The position numbers were made by a program, and so were the translations under genes. A model generated the notes under the pieces. That model saw only the letters and a list, made by a program, of their open reading frames with translations. It searched no databases and was not told the origin of the DNA. Of a DNA stretch of 64,000 nucleotides, positions 27,480-40,410 are shown piece after piece. The DNA comes from Octopus sinensis (Eukaryota): NCBI RefSeq assembly GCF_006345805.1, contig NC_043001.1:89962001-90026000 (forward strand), written 5' to 3'. The first letter of the stretch is position 1. The number at the start of each line of letters is the position of its first letter.

Positions 27480-28612
27480 CAAGTTGATAAGAGGTAACTA
27501 GGTTAACCGGATTTTGCCACAGTAATGAAGCTAAAGCACGCAGAGTGAAGTCGCTTGGCACAGATTTGACCTCGAACTCTGCTGTGCATGCGAACTAAGT
27601 TTTAACGTTCTAGCTCACTTCCGCTGTTTATTGCAGCGTTTGGAAGTAACATGTGTAACGTGTGATCGTCGCATTGACCATGACAAAGAAAGTTACGTAT
27701 GCTCAGAGGCATACGTAAATTTGCAGAAAGTGTATGGAGAGGAGTGTATGAGCCGCATACAAGTGTGCGAGTGGTTCAGACGTTTCTAAGATGGCCGAAA
27801 AATGTCGATATTGACGCTGCAAAATTCAGAAGTGGAGATTTCAGCCTAGAAGATGAAGATCTAACAGGACGTTCATTTGAGTTTTGAGAAGCTCCTTGAG
27901 GCATTACTGGAAGAAAATCCTGCATTATCAGTAGAAGAATTGGCAATAAAGCTTAGTTCAAACCATACAACTGTTCATCGTCATCTTTAACAACTTGGAA
28001 AGGTTCCTAAACTTGGTAAATGGATGCCTCATAAATTGTCCAAAAGCAACCGCAAATCTCGTGTTGACATCTACACTTTTCTCCATTCTCGCGAACTCAT
28101 TTCTCCCTTTCTGGATAGACTTGTAACTGGTGGCGAAAAATGGATCTTCTATTGAAATGTTAAACGTTGTAAACAGTGGCTTGGTAAAAGGGAAAAAAGC
28201 TCAACCACAACCGAGAAAGGAACTTCATGGAAAAAAGCTTCTTCTCTCTATATGGTGGGATTGCAAAGGAGTAATTCACTTTGAATTGTCACCACCTAAT
28301 GCAACAATCAATGCTCAAGTCTACTGTCAGGAATTAGAGCGTTTAAAACAAGCTTTGAAGAAAAAAAGACCCGCTTTAGTGAATCGAAAAGGAGTGATGT
28401 TTCATCAGGATAATGCTCGACCCCACACTGCAGAGATCACATCACAGAAGATCGAAGAGCTTGGTTGGGAAAAACTTCCTCATCCACCTTATTCTCCCGA
28501 CCTTGCTCCTTCAGACTACCATTTGTTTCGTAGTTTACAGAACCATTTGGGGGACATAACTTTCGCAAGCCAGAGGAAATCGAAACTGATATTTCAGAGT
28601 TCACACCTCACA
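27480..28612 (+). mobile_element. Degraded mariner (DD34D) transposase copy
   Basis: FRSGDFSLEDEDLTGR, WMPHKL (WVPHEL motif), VTGGEKW, LSIWWDCKG, FHQDNARPH and YSPDLAPSDYHLF; several stops and frameshifts. Confidence 0.95.
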
Positions 28613-28803
28613 TATACAATAGATAATATATATGATATATATATATATATTATATATATAATATATATATCTTTGTATGTATGTATGTATGTATGTATGT
28701 ATGTATGTATGTAGTATGTATGTATGTATGTATGTATGTATGTATGTATGTATGTATGTATATATGCATGTGTTGTATGTATATGTATGTATGTTGATAT
28801 ATA

Positions 28804-28854
<51 letters not shown>

Positions 28855-29014
28855 CATACATACATATATATGTATGTATGTATATATATAAAGGCATTTG
28901 CGACTTTCAATATCTGTTAGTTCATCTATGTTGAAATTACATAACTATATACATGCATACATATGCGTGTGTGATTGTACTTTTTGGAAATTCGTACATC
29001 TATCTATCTATCTC

Positions 29015-29087
<73 letters not shown>

Positions 29088-29855
29088 TTTGTATATATGT
29101 ATGGATGTATGGCTGTGCGTATGCATGTGTAAATAGACATATAGATAGATACATAGATAGATTGAACACACACATACATACATACATACATACATACATA
29201 CATACATACATACATACACATACATACATACATACATATAAACACATCCTTTTGTCTCACACACGCATATATGTAAGGATTCAAGTTTGTTTATTTTGAA
29301 ACTTCACTGCTATTTCTCGATGAATCTTGAGTAAATTTGGACCGGAAAACCAGCAAGCTTCGCAGAACAATACATGAACCAGACAAAGCAAAATATTAGA
29401 GTCCGATGTTCCTCGGAAATGAATCAAGGAGAAGTCAAAGAGGAGATCGCAAAACATTGTCAGTTGTAATGCAGTTAAATTGGGGGAAGAAGAAACTATA
29501 ACAGTTGAATAAGAGGAGTGTTAGTGGCAGATGTAGATTCATTATAGAATACGTTGTCAAGTCTCGATTCTAGTTCCTCCGCCAGTCTTTCTCTGATCTC
29601 TTTCTCCCTTTCTCTCCCTATCTCTGTCTGTCCGTTCGTCTGTCTTTTTTCTCTTTCTCTCTTCAGTTCACTCTTTCTCTCGAAAACTTGCCCTATTTCT
29701 TTCTCTCTCATGCATTATTTTTTTCAGTCGTCTCTCTCAAATGACAGACAGACACATACACTAACACAAACACACACAAGTATATATACATATATGTATG
29801 TGTGTGCATACGTGTGTGCATATGTGTGTTGCATACGTGTGTGCATATGTGTGTG

Positions 29856-29887
<32 letters not shown>

Positions 29888-30421
29888 AATAGAGAGAGAG
29901 AGAAAATAAGATTTCCTAATGGAGGCACATTTTCTCCTTTCTCTTCATATTTTTCTCTCCTCATTTATCTTTTACATCAAAGAGCATATGCTCGAAATGT
30001 TAATGACTTCATCCAATTTCGCTAAGTGTCAACCTAATACATCCTGTTATTTTTATTTTTAACCCGTCTTCGCGTTTAAAAAAAAATGTTTCTACTATAC
30101 ATATATAAGATGATAATTTTATAACTTCGTTAAACCGAAGAACAAAAATAAAAATAAAAATAGGACTGCAACCGGAAGTGGTCAGGTGACATCGAGGCGA
30201 AAGGAGAAATAAATTGAAATAAATAAATGAATAAACACTCCAATCGTCGAAACAACTTTATATCATTCCCAAATTATCAAAAATCGAATATAAATACATA
30301 TTAAATATATATATTGGGTGCCCTATAGTTTTAATATATATTTATATTCAGTTTTTGATAATTTGGGAATAATATAAAGTTGTTTTTACCGATTGGAGTG
30401 TTTATTTATTCTACCTTTCAG

Positions 30422-30508
<87 letters not shown>

Positions 30509-30569
30509 GTATATGTATATATATATACATACACGCACACACGCACGTATATATGCTTGTAGGTATATA

Positions 30570-31498
30570 TACACCTAGCCCTCGGCTTACTTCGTGGACT
30601 GGTGCCACGTGACGCTGTGTGGATTTGGAAAGAGTGTGAAACGAAGGAAACACGTCCTAGTGATATCATAATTAGAAAACAAAATTTAAACAATTATTTA
30701 TTGAAATGGGGATAATAAACATGATTATCGTTTACACACACACACACACACGTACTTTTGAATTTGCACGACTTCTAGATTTATAAATACGTATAAAATA
30801 AATAAATGCCTCATAGAAAATATATTTTCACAACAATTTTAAATAGTATCTTGATCTTTTGGGGATCAGGAGAAAATTATTCTAACTAGAATTTTTGTGA
30901 ATTTCTTTTGAATATCAAGGCGGAAGAGAGGAGATGCGAAAATTCACACGTGAATAGAAAGCTGACGTGAATAGAAAACCCATTGTGTAAGTCAGTTTTC
31001 TATTCATGTGTGGGTTTTAAATTTTCCAGCAATTTCAAATACATCTAAATCTTTCGGGAATCAAGAGAAGATTATTCTAAACAAATTTTCCCTGAACTGT
31101 TTTATTAACACCAGGATGGAAAAGAGAAGATTCGAAAATTCGCACTTGAATAGAAAATTGACTTTCTTTCTAGATATGTGGCCGCAGAAATTAATCATGT
31201 AATTAGTAGGTGCTTTTCGTCATCTGTTGGCTGGCAACTGTTACGAAGCAAAGGCGTAGCGAAGAAAAAGTTCTTCGTAAAATAACTTTCGAACTGCAAA
31301 CATTGAAGTTCAGCTGGGTGTGATTGAAAAATGTCAGCTCAGATATAAGTACTAATTTCTGTTTGATAAAATATCATATAAAATAAAATGATCTATTGTT
31401 TTATATAAAACACGCGCACGGACGAAAAGTTGCATTGAATAGCTTCTGTATTTCCTCATTTCTTCTATATTTATTCATATCTAATCTTTAGTACTAGA
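30570..31498. mobile_element. Possible Helitron/DINE-like non-autonomous element with an internal direct repeat
   Basis: Begins ctagccctcggc and ends ctttagtactag; 30850-30965 resembles 31050-31160. Confidence 0.3.
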
Positions 31499-31929
31499 GA
31501 CGTGGAACTTGGAGCATTTGTTGTAACCAGGATCCGTTCAATGTTCAGGAGTCTTGGATAGGCTGTGGCAAAAATAATAAAAAAAAGAAAAGGAAAAAGA
31601 TGTTGTCAGAAAACTATTGGAAGCTGCTGAGAAAGTAAACCATTACATCTTGCTCAAGAGTGAGCACAAATGGAAACAGCAAAAACGAGCGTCGAGGATG
31701 GTAGAAGCATCTGCGCCAGAGTCGTAATACTTAATTTAACAAATCTCGTGTCATTATGTGAAATGTCTGCGGCCTACATCTGTGGGATGCTTGGGTAGCT
31801 CTGATGATGCGGTGGAAAGTGTCGAAACACCTACAGAGCTACTTTATCGGCTGATACATCGATGCTTGCATTCGGAGACGGCATTCTCAGCACACAAATA
31901 GTTTCCCTAAATATAACCAGTAAAGATTT

Positions 31930-32485
31930 TATTGGGAAGTTCGTGTCGATTTTTAAAGGAAAGAAAAAGGTCAATAAATACTTGCCATTACATTTTTGAT
32001 CAACCAAATATGAACCATTTTGTTGCACAATGCGTCTCCATCTTTCCTTTAACTTAAAAATACCCTCTTCCCAGAATTGTGGTGGTTTAATGGCAAAGAA
32101 TTCATCAAGGTATCTTTTTACGTCATCAAAGGAATTGAAATTTTTACCATTAAGACTATTCTGCAGAGACTTGAATGAGTGGAAATCCGAAGGAGCAATA
32201 TCTGGTGAATATGGAGGTGGGGTAACACATCCCAGCCGAGCTGCAGTAATTTTGTCTGGTTCCGAAAGCATCAAGTGCCAAAAATGAACTTCCTTATCTT
32301 CCATTTTAAAGGGTTACAGAATTAACACAGGTTATAGGAACACAAACCTTCTTCCACGTAAAGATAGCTTAAACTGTGCTCTAAATGGAGGTGTCAAATC
32401 CTATTTTATGGACTCAACCATGTTCTAAAATGAGTCGAAGGGTAAGTTACTATAAATCGGCACGAACTTTCCGGACAACCCATTA
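31930..32485 (-). mobile_element. Internally deleted mariner element
   Basis: TIRs aagttcgtgtcgatttt / aaatcggcacgaacttt; minus ORF joins MEDKEVHFWHLML to PPYSPDIAPSDFH...FWEEGIFKLKERW...NGSY. Confidence 0.92.
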
Positions 32486-32556
32486 GTGCTGTGACACCAT
32501 ATGACTTCTGACGTGGTTGAAAGTCTTCAAAATTTCGACCAGTATATAAGAAGTTT

Positions 32557-32870
32557 TGAAGGCGCGTGGTTTAGTGGTTAGGGTTATCGGTTCATAATCA
32601 TAAAGTGAGTTCAATTCTCGGCGGCGCATTGTGTCCTTGAGCAAAACACTTTATTTTACACTTCTCCAGTCCACTCAGCTGGCAAAAATTAGTTGTACCC
32701 GTTATTCAAAGGGTGAACTTTGTCACATTCTGTGTCATGCTGAATCTCCCTGAGAACTACGCAAAGGGTACACGTGTCTGTGGATTGCTCAGCTATTTGC
32801 ACGTTAATTTTACGAGCAGGCTGTTCTGTTGATCGGATCAACTGGAACCCTAGTCTTAGTAACCGATGGA
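32557..32870 (+). mobile_element. tRNA-derived SINE, family A
   Basis: ggcgcgtggtttagtggttaggg...gagttcaattctc; homologous to 5192-5515. Confidence 0.85.
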
Positions 32871-32871
32871 G

Positions 32872-32929
<58 letters not shown>

Positions 32930-33287
32930 AGAAGCAACGTACCTGTAGTTCAAATATTGAAAACGAGACTGAAAGTCTGGAAACGTTGAATATAGATTTA
33001 AGAACTTTAGTTTCAAACTAACTATAAAAAACTGATATGAAAATATATGAGATCTCAAATAAAACTGGAACACACTCATGTCTTTAAAGAAATGTGTGCG
33101 TGCGTGCGTGCGTGTGTAACTATAAACTTGCATTGTGCAGCTTCTACTTTTCTTTAAATATAATCTAAAAATACTTCATATATATTTTCTCGTAACAACT
33201 CCAACTCTGTTTTGATAAGCCAGATTATTTCCTTTTCCAAGTACAGCATCGATTTTTCCGGAACCTCGGATTCCAGAGCCTTTCCGG

Positions 33288-33342
<55 letters not shown>

Positions 33343-34162
33343 ATACCACCTCCTTACACAGCTTGTGTCGACTTTTCTCCTTATCGTCTCTATTCTGTGA
33401 TCATGGATTGATTGTATTCTTTAAGCTAATTTTCTACATGCTGTACTTATACAATGCCAAAGGAGTACCCACTCAAAGAAAGAAAGAGAAGGCATGTGGA
33501 TTGTAACTAAATGCTCTGTTAACTGACCAGCTACACGCACCAGGCAATGGCAACTAGAACGACTGACCGATATACAGTGGCGGACGCAGTCTAAAAATAT
33601 TGGTTGCCAGGAGACTAAGGGTCCCACCCGCAACTACAAGGAGAGCCACCCACAACTATAATGCTATTATTTAATTTTTTTGTTAAAAATATTCTTTTCA
33701 ACTGTCTACAAACGCAGCCAGGCTGGAATAATTAATGCACTCTTCCAGGAGTGAATAAAATTTCTCAAACTTGAGGGGATGGGGCCCCTTAGATACTAAC
33801 ATGGGCCCCCATGTATGGATTCTAATGGCGCAGGGTCCACTTGCCATTGAGCAAGCTGTCAACCTGGCCATTCCCCAACTGCCTATATAGATGAAATAAT
33901 ATATATAATCCTGAAACTTATATATGCTAACCAACAAAGCAGTCGCAGTGAAACTGTAAGCGAAGAAGTCACAATAGTACACTTTCCACGTTCTCACGAC
34001 CGAAGAAACAATGGAAGTGGTGACATTTCATTTTTGTAGACACACATGATATGATTTTCTGACCACCGAAAAGAAAGTTGCTCCTCTGTTTGTGGTTCAA
34101 GAAAGTCCGAGTTATGATCTGCAGCTTTCTTTTTAAAAAACCGCGCAAAAAGCACCCTCACA

Positions 34163-34572
34163 TACTCTTTTACTCTCTTTTTACTCTTTCACTTGTTTCA
34201 GTCATTTGATTGCAGCCATGCTGTAGCATCGCCATTAGTAAAGCAAATCGACCCCAGGACTTATTTCTGAAAGCCTAGTACTTATTCTATCGGTCTTTTG
34301 CCGAACCACTATGTTACGGGGATGTAAACACACCAGCATCGGTTGTCAAGCGACATTGGGGGGACAAACACAGACACACAAACACACACACATATATATA
34401 TATACATATATACGATGGGCTTCTTTGAGTTTCTGTCTACTAAATCCACTCACAAAGCATTGGTCGGCTTGAGGCTACAGTAGAAAATGCTTGCCCAAGG
34501 TGCTACGGAGTGGGACTGAACCCGGAATCATGTGGTTGATAAGCAAGCTACTTACCACACAGTCACTCCTGT
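34163..34572 (-). mobile_element. SINE family C, full length
   Basis: Head caggagtgactgtgtggtaagtagcttgc on the minus strand, internal (TA)/(TG) tract, tail of repeated aaaagagt. Confidence 0.88.
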
Positions 34573-34879
34573 CAACAAGCATCCAAATTAAATGCTAATA
34601 TCTTTTTAATTAAAAAAAGGAAGCAACACATTTTGTTGCAACACATACTGCTAGACACACAAGCGTATTAAAACAGCACGTCAACATGTCATAAAATTTA
34701 AATAAAATATATACTTGAATAGCTCGAGGCAGAGAAGAAATTTCTTGAAGTTTCACAGACTGAAACTTAAAGTGCTGTACATCCATCCGTTTATATTCAC
34801 GCACACTTATGTGCCTGTTGATGTATGTATGTATGTATGTATGTATGTATGTATGTATGTATGTATGTATGTATGTATG

Positions 34880-34965
<86 letters not shown>

Positions 34966-36193
34966 CTGTGAAAATAAGGGCAGAACATTTAGAAAAATTT
35001 TCATACCGGTGGCTAGCACGCGTAAAAAAGTCAATAGACAATATATTTTCATATATGATAGTGTACAAACAATTATTTATAGACGAAAGAGTTAAGCTTT
35101 GATAGGACACCTTACATGCTAGAAAGGACAGTCAAAACCCAAACTACGAATAAAAGCGATTTCAAAGAGAATGAAAATAAAAAAAAATATTTTTATAGTT
35201 AACTCCAAACTCATATTTTGGGTTTTGATTGCCCTTTCTAGTATGTAAGGTGTCCTGTCAAAGGTCACCTCTTTCGTATATAAATACTTAACTGTTTGTA
35301 CAGCGTTTTCTATCTGTCTGTCTCTCTCCCTTCTTTCTCTCTCTCTCTCCCTCTCTCGTTGCTCACACGTGACTATCATCCGTCTTTCTTTTCCTGTACG
35401 GAAGTTTAAAAGAACGGACGTGTTTTCTCTCTCTCTTCTATCTTTTCTCTTTTCGAAAAAATGTTTCTCCCAGCGTCCACTATTTTCCTTTCATTCTGGT
35501 CTACCTACATTCCATGTTTGTTCAGGTTCAATTTCCTTGTATGTCTCCACCCTCATATTTTTGTTCTCAACTTTAACTCTCCATAAATCCTAAATTTTAT
35601 TTAAAAATTTATGGGAGCAACTGTCTTTGAAGATTCATATTGTCGTTGAATGCTCGAAATGAGGAATAGATAGACAGCCTATAACTGATGAAGGCTTCTT
35701 TCTCTGTGTTTACTTGTCCTGTCTTCCATTTTTTCTCGCTGTTTACGTATTTCACTAGTTTTTCCATCGTTTGGTTACATATTATATATATATATATACA
35801 TATATACGCTTTCTATGAAAGTGGGCAAATATCATCATGACTGCTTGAACTCAATATTTTTATCGGGACCCCAGCTTATGTATCCATGTACCCGACGTAA
35901 TCCAAACTGCAAAAGTGATGCAACAAAAAAATGATGCGCAACATCCCACCCATAAGGGACAGTCTCAGGGCAGGCCGAAACGATCGTTGGTCGGAATAAA
36001 GACTAAAACCAAATCCATCTCCTGTTTCCTAAATCAATTATATTTATATATATATATATATATATTTGTATGTGTGAGTGTATGCCTATATGTATATGTA
36101 TATATATACATATCTGTATATGTATATATATATATGCATATATGTATATGTGTATATCTATATATGTATATATGTATATATGCATATATGTAT

Positions 36194-36226
<33 letters not shown>

Positions 36227-36231
36227 ATATA

Positions 36232-36288
<57 letters not shown>

Positions 36289-36305
36289 TATATGTATATA
36301 TATGC

Positions 36306-36379
<74 letters not shown>

Positions 36380-36682
36380 GTATATATGAATGTATGTGTT
36401 TATGTATATATATATATATATTAATATATATATGTATGTAGTATGTATGTATGTATGTGTTTATGTACACACACACAACAAAATGTCCAATTTCTAGATA
36501 TCTGAATCCAGCAACTGGATGATTAAAACATTTTCTTTTCCGTTTGCTTTATTCTTTCTTCTTTTTAAATTGCAACCACGTTAATGCGTGCCTGTTTGCT
36601 GGAACCATGTTCTTACTGCCGTTTCTGCTGTTGCTTTTGTCGCCTTTTATTTATTTTTGTTGCTACTGTTTCTGTTGACATT

Positions 36683-36713
<31 letters not shown>

Positions 36714-37129
36714 CCACTGCTGTTGTTGTTGTTGATGTTGCTTTTGTTGTTGCACATTTATCTTCTGCTGTACCGTTAAAATAACAAATAGTTGAGATGG
36801 TATTTAGTAGCAGGTGACAGAAAGCAAGGTTTATAAACCAATACATACATATCAATCGATTTGCAATATCGATTATTTTGTCAGCATTAGCGAATTGTCG
36901 ACTCTGTTCTGAGTTACGTTTCAAAGTAGTGTAGAGTACTTTTTTTCTATCTTTATTCCACGTTGTTTTTAATATATATAATTTGCTTTTATTTGCGAGA
37001 GTCCCAGCTGTCCAAGACCTTCCGTAACCAGATTACAATGTTTCCTTATGTCTCTAGTAAAAAGCATTTTTCTAACTGACCCAGTCTACATAGCTTGTAG
37101 ATAGATATGATGTAGATATTTTTTTCTTA

Positions 37130-37800
37130 GTTTCAGTTCAAGAACTGTGGCCATGCTTGAGCACCGCCGTTTACTTTGCTGCTCTTTCACTAAACTTTCT
37201 CTGATATGTGACTTTTGCTGGATGAAGGAGTTCGATGTTATTGCCCTCAACTGTGTTTCTTGCCTTGAAGTAGGTTCACCCGGAACTCTTGACAGAAGGA
37301 GATTCAGTTTTGTTTTGAAAAAGCGTACATCTACGCCATGCAAGTCTCTCAGGCTTTTGGGAGGATATTGAAGAGCTGCAGGCCTTTGAAGCCAAAGCTG
37401 TTGTAGTATCTGGTTCTGTATTCTGACGTCAATGATGGGATTATTGGTATTATGCAGTGGCGCCCCGTTCTGCTGTTTATGTAACTGATAATGCCAAAGT
37501 TTAGCATGTGTTTTTCTAGGATTTTCCAGATATATATTACTACATATCTTTCCAGACTTTGCTCCAGGGAGTAAAGCCTAAACTCTTTCAGTTTCTCCCT
37601 GTAGTTGATATGTTGCATTGTGTCAACCTTTTTTTTTTATCACTGGATCGCCTCGAGTTCCATCGTTAATTTTACAGTTTGGTGACTACAATTGGGAGCA
37701 GTAATCCAGACGGCTGAGAACGAAAGTTCTCCAGGGGATCATCATAGTTTCCCTTTTTCTTGTTTTGAAAGTTCGAAGGATCCATCCTGCCAGGCGTCTG
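37130..37800 (-). mobile_element. CR1/L2-group LINE 3' fragment (RT C-terminus)
   Basis: LSRLDYCSQLW-like motif; YREKLKEFRLYSLEQSLERYVVIYIWKILE; NSFGFKGLQLFNILP; FKTKLNLLLSRVPGEP. Confidence 0.85.
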
Positions 37801-39149
37801 CATAAGTCCTGCATGATTCCTCATGTAAAAATGACTGCCTAATCCCCTAATGAAGTCCCAGAAAGGAAAGAAATACGACGTGTTCTAAAGATTGTCTCGG
37901 AAAGTTCGTCTCGGAATTGTAGAAACTGATCTAGCAAACCAGTGGTGCGAAATAAGTATATTTGGAATCACTTGGTAGTAGAAGAATTAGATGAAAACTT
38001 CCTGGGTATCACTTGTATTTGAATATGACTTGATAGCAAGAAATGAGGGAAGGTTGTGTGATGATAGACTGGAATAAGATGACTGGGTGCAGCTGTTTGG
38101 ATGTTGACGATTTGGCATGGCTGATTGGACATTCAACTTGTTTTGGTGACGGTACGCTTTGGCACTGGAGGAAAATATACACACGCATGCTAAAACACAT
38201 ACACACAAGCACAGAAATATACACAAACAGTTTGAGAGAGTGGGAGAGAAAGAGAGAGGGGAGAGAAAGGGGGGAGAGAGATTACAATGTCTTAATTGAA
38301 CACGATTGACATAGAAACACACAAACGGAGAGAAAGGGATAGAAAGATGTGAAAGGGTGAGAGAGAGAGAGAGGTGAGGGAGAGAGAGAGAGAGAGGTGA
38401 CCGAGAGAAACATTGAAACAAGGAAAACATCAAAATGCTTGATGTTGAATAAGTGAGCGTCGAGTCAGTGACGTCAAATATGCGGCACCAAAACGGCTGT
38501 GCTAAAGCGTCTCACACTCTCATACACCTTACATGCAGGTATTATCATACCTGCAGATATTGCAGAAAACAGTTGGCGGACTTGGTTTCTTCTTTCATCC
38601 AGTTTAACTCTGCAGCAATTAGTCCTGTTTTTATAACCCTCCACAACTGTTTGGGATCAGTCACAGTCTTCATGCATACAAACGTAATAAGGTAGTCCAC
38701 TTCATTGATAGCATCCTTATTATAACAAAGTTTCGAGCGTCCTCTTCGACGGATGCGTCATTTCAGATTTGAAATTCTAGTGTTTTCCTTTGGCATCCCA
38801 ATGTCCTTCTTGAAGATACTAGTGCCCTCCTCAGTTGCGCTGCGATCCTCGCAACGCAACTGCAATATATTCTGGTTTTGAATTTAGAGCAAATTAATGA
38901 TTATAACGACGGAATATCTTTACCTCTAGAATATTCCTAAGTTTCGGACTTATGGTTTCTCAACCAACTGAAAGATTGATAGAACGATTATGCCTAAAAT
39001 TCCAAGAGAATTAGTGTGGTTTTGCCATACATTGCATAGTTAAACACAATAATCGATTTTGTTTGGGTCGAAAAAGCATCAATGACAGCATAGCAGATAT
39101 ACTGTACCCGTTAGATAGAATGCGAAAACTACTATCACAAAACATAACT

Positions 39150-39327
39150 GAAGTCTTACAGTCATATTCAAAATCGAGTGGATAAGTTAGAAGTGAAGTC
39201 TTAGAGTTTGTCTCAGAATCGAGGAGACAAGTTTGAAGTGAATCCTCAAAATCATAGTCAGAATCAAGTGAACAAGTTCAAAGTGAAGTCTTAGTTATAA
39301 TCAGAATCGAGTCGGAGAGTTCAAAGC
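39150..39327. repeat. Four diverged 45-bp tandem units
   Basis: gaagtctt...cagaatcgag...agtt(c/t)aaagt x4; the unit length is a multiple of 3, and the last unit on the + strand is 2 bp short. Confidence 0.8.
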
Positions 39328-40122
39328 ATGTACATCAATTTTTTTCTTTTATTCTTTAGGCTTTCACCACTAATGTTGTTAGCCTGTTATTGGAAAATAT
39401 GTCCAACCAATGAAATTTAGGCAGCAACAATCACGAAGAATAAATTGAACTTCGGCTCAATTTATCGGAAACAGTTGATAGAAATGCACTTGAGCAAAAC
39501 CAATTACTCGAAATTGGTCGAAGTAAGAAGTTCTCGAATAAAAAATAAGCGAATTGTAGCAAATATTCGAAATACGGAAACAAGGCCAAAGAAAACAATT
39601 ACATTGCTATACTTTACTAAAATAGACTTTTATTTTTAAATTAAAAAATTGTATACAATATTCTTGAGTGGTACCCCAGCATGACCGCAGTCAAATGCCT
39701 GAAGTAAGATAAAAACTAATAAGATAAAAACTGTGTGTGTATGTGATGTTTCTGCTTACAGTTTGAAAATCAGTATAGCACATGATAATGCCTTCATCTC
39801 CTTCATAACAAAGATCAGTTTATGAGGTAAGTAATTCAATATTTGAATATGGTTCTAATATTTTTACTGTACGAAAAATCAGCAGTTTAATAAAATTGTA
39901 AAATACAGTTATGATCTCATGTTATACGCAATAGCTAGCATATAAGCGTGTACGTGTGTGTAGGCGCGCGTGTATGTAATGTTTAGATTATGAAAAACGT
40001 ACCTTTTTGAGACTACAAACATAAACACAGCACACACACACACACGTGAACACTGGTTTTTATATGTTAATAAAATATATTATAGCTGTCTGAAAAATTA
40101 TTTTAATATTTCCCTATACTTT

Positions 40123-40410
40123 AAGGCAACGAACTAGCAGAATGCTTAGTCACGGCACTTTTTTTCCGCCTTTACATTCTAAGTTCAAATTCCGCCGAGG
40201 TCAAATTTACCTTTCATCCCTTCGAGGTCGACTTTACCTTTCATCCCTTAGAGGTCGACTTTACATTTCATCCCTTCGAGGTCGATAAAATAAGTAACAG
40301 TTGAACACTGGGATCGATGTAATCGACTTACTATTTTTGACCAACTGTCTACATGCAGAGTTACTCTCTTCCCCCAAAATTGCTGGCCTAGTCCTAAAAT
40401 CTGAAACAAA
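40123..40410 (+). mobile_element. SINE family B with an internal 26-bp triplication
   Basis: gaggtcgactttacctttcatccctt repeated about 3 times at 40197-40285. Confidence 0.75.

Noticed and set aside
39761-39826. Plus-strand exon candidate (ttacag...GAG|gtaagt)
   Set aside because: No partner exons on the plus strand; the overlapping minus-strand exon fits the phase chain.
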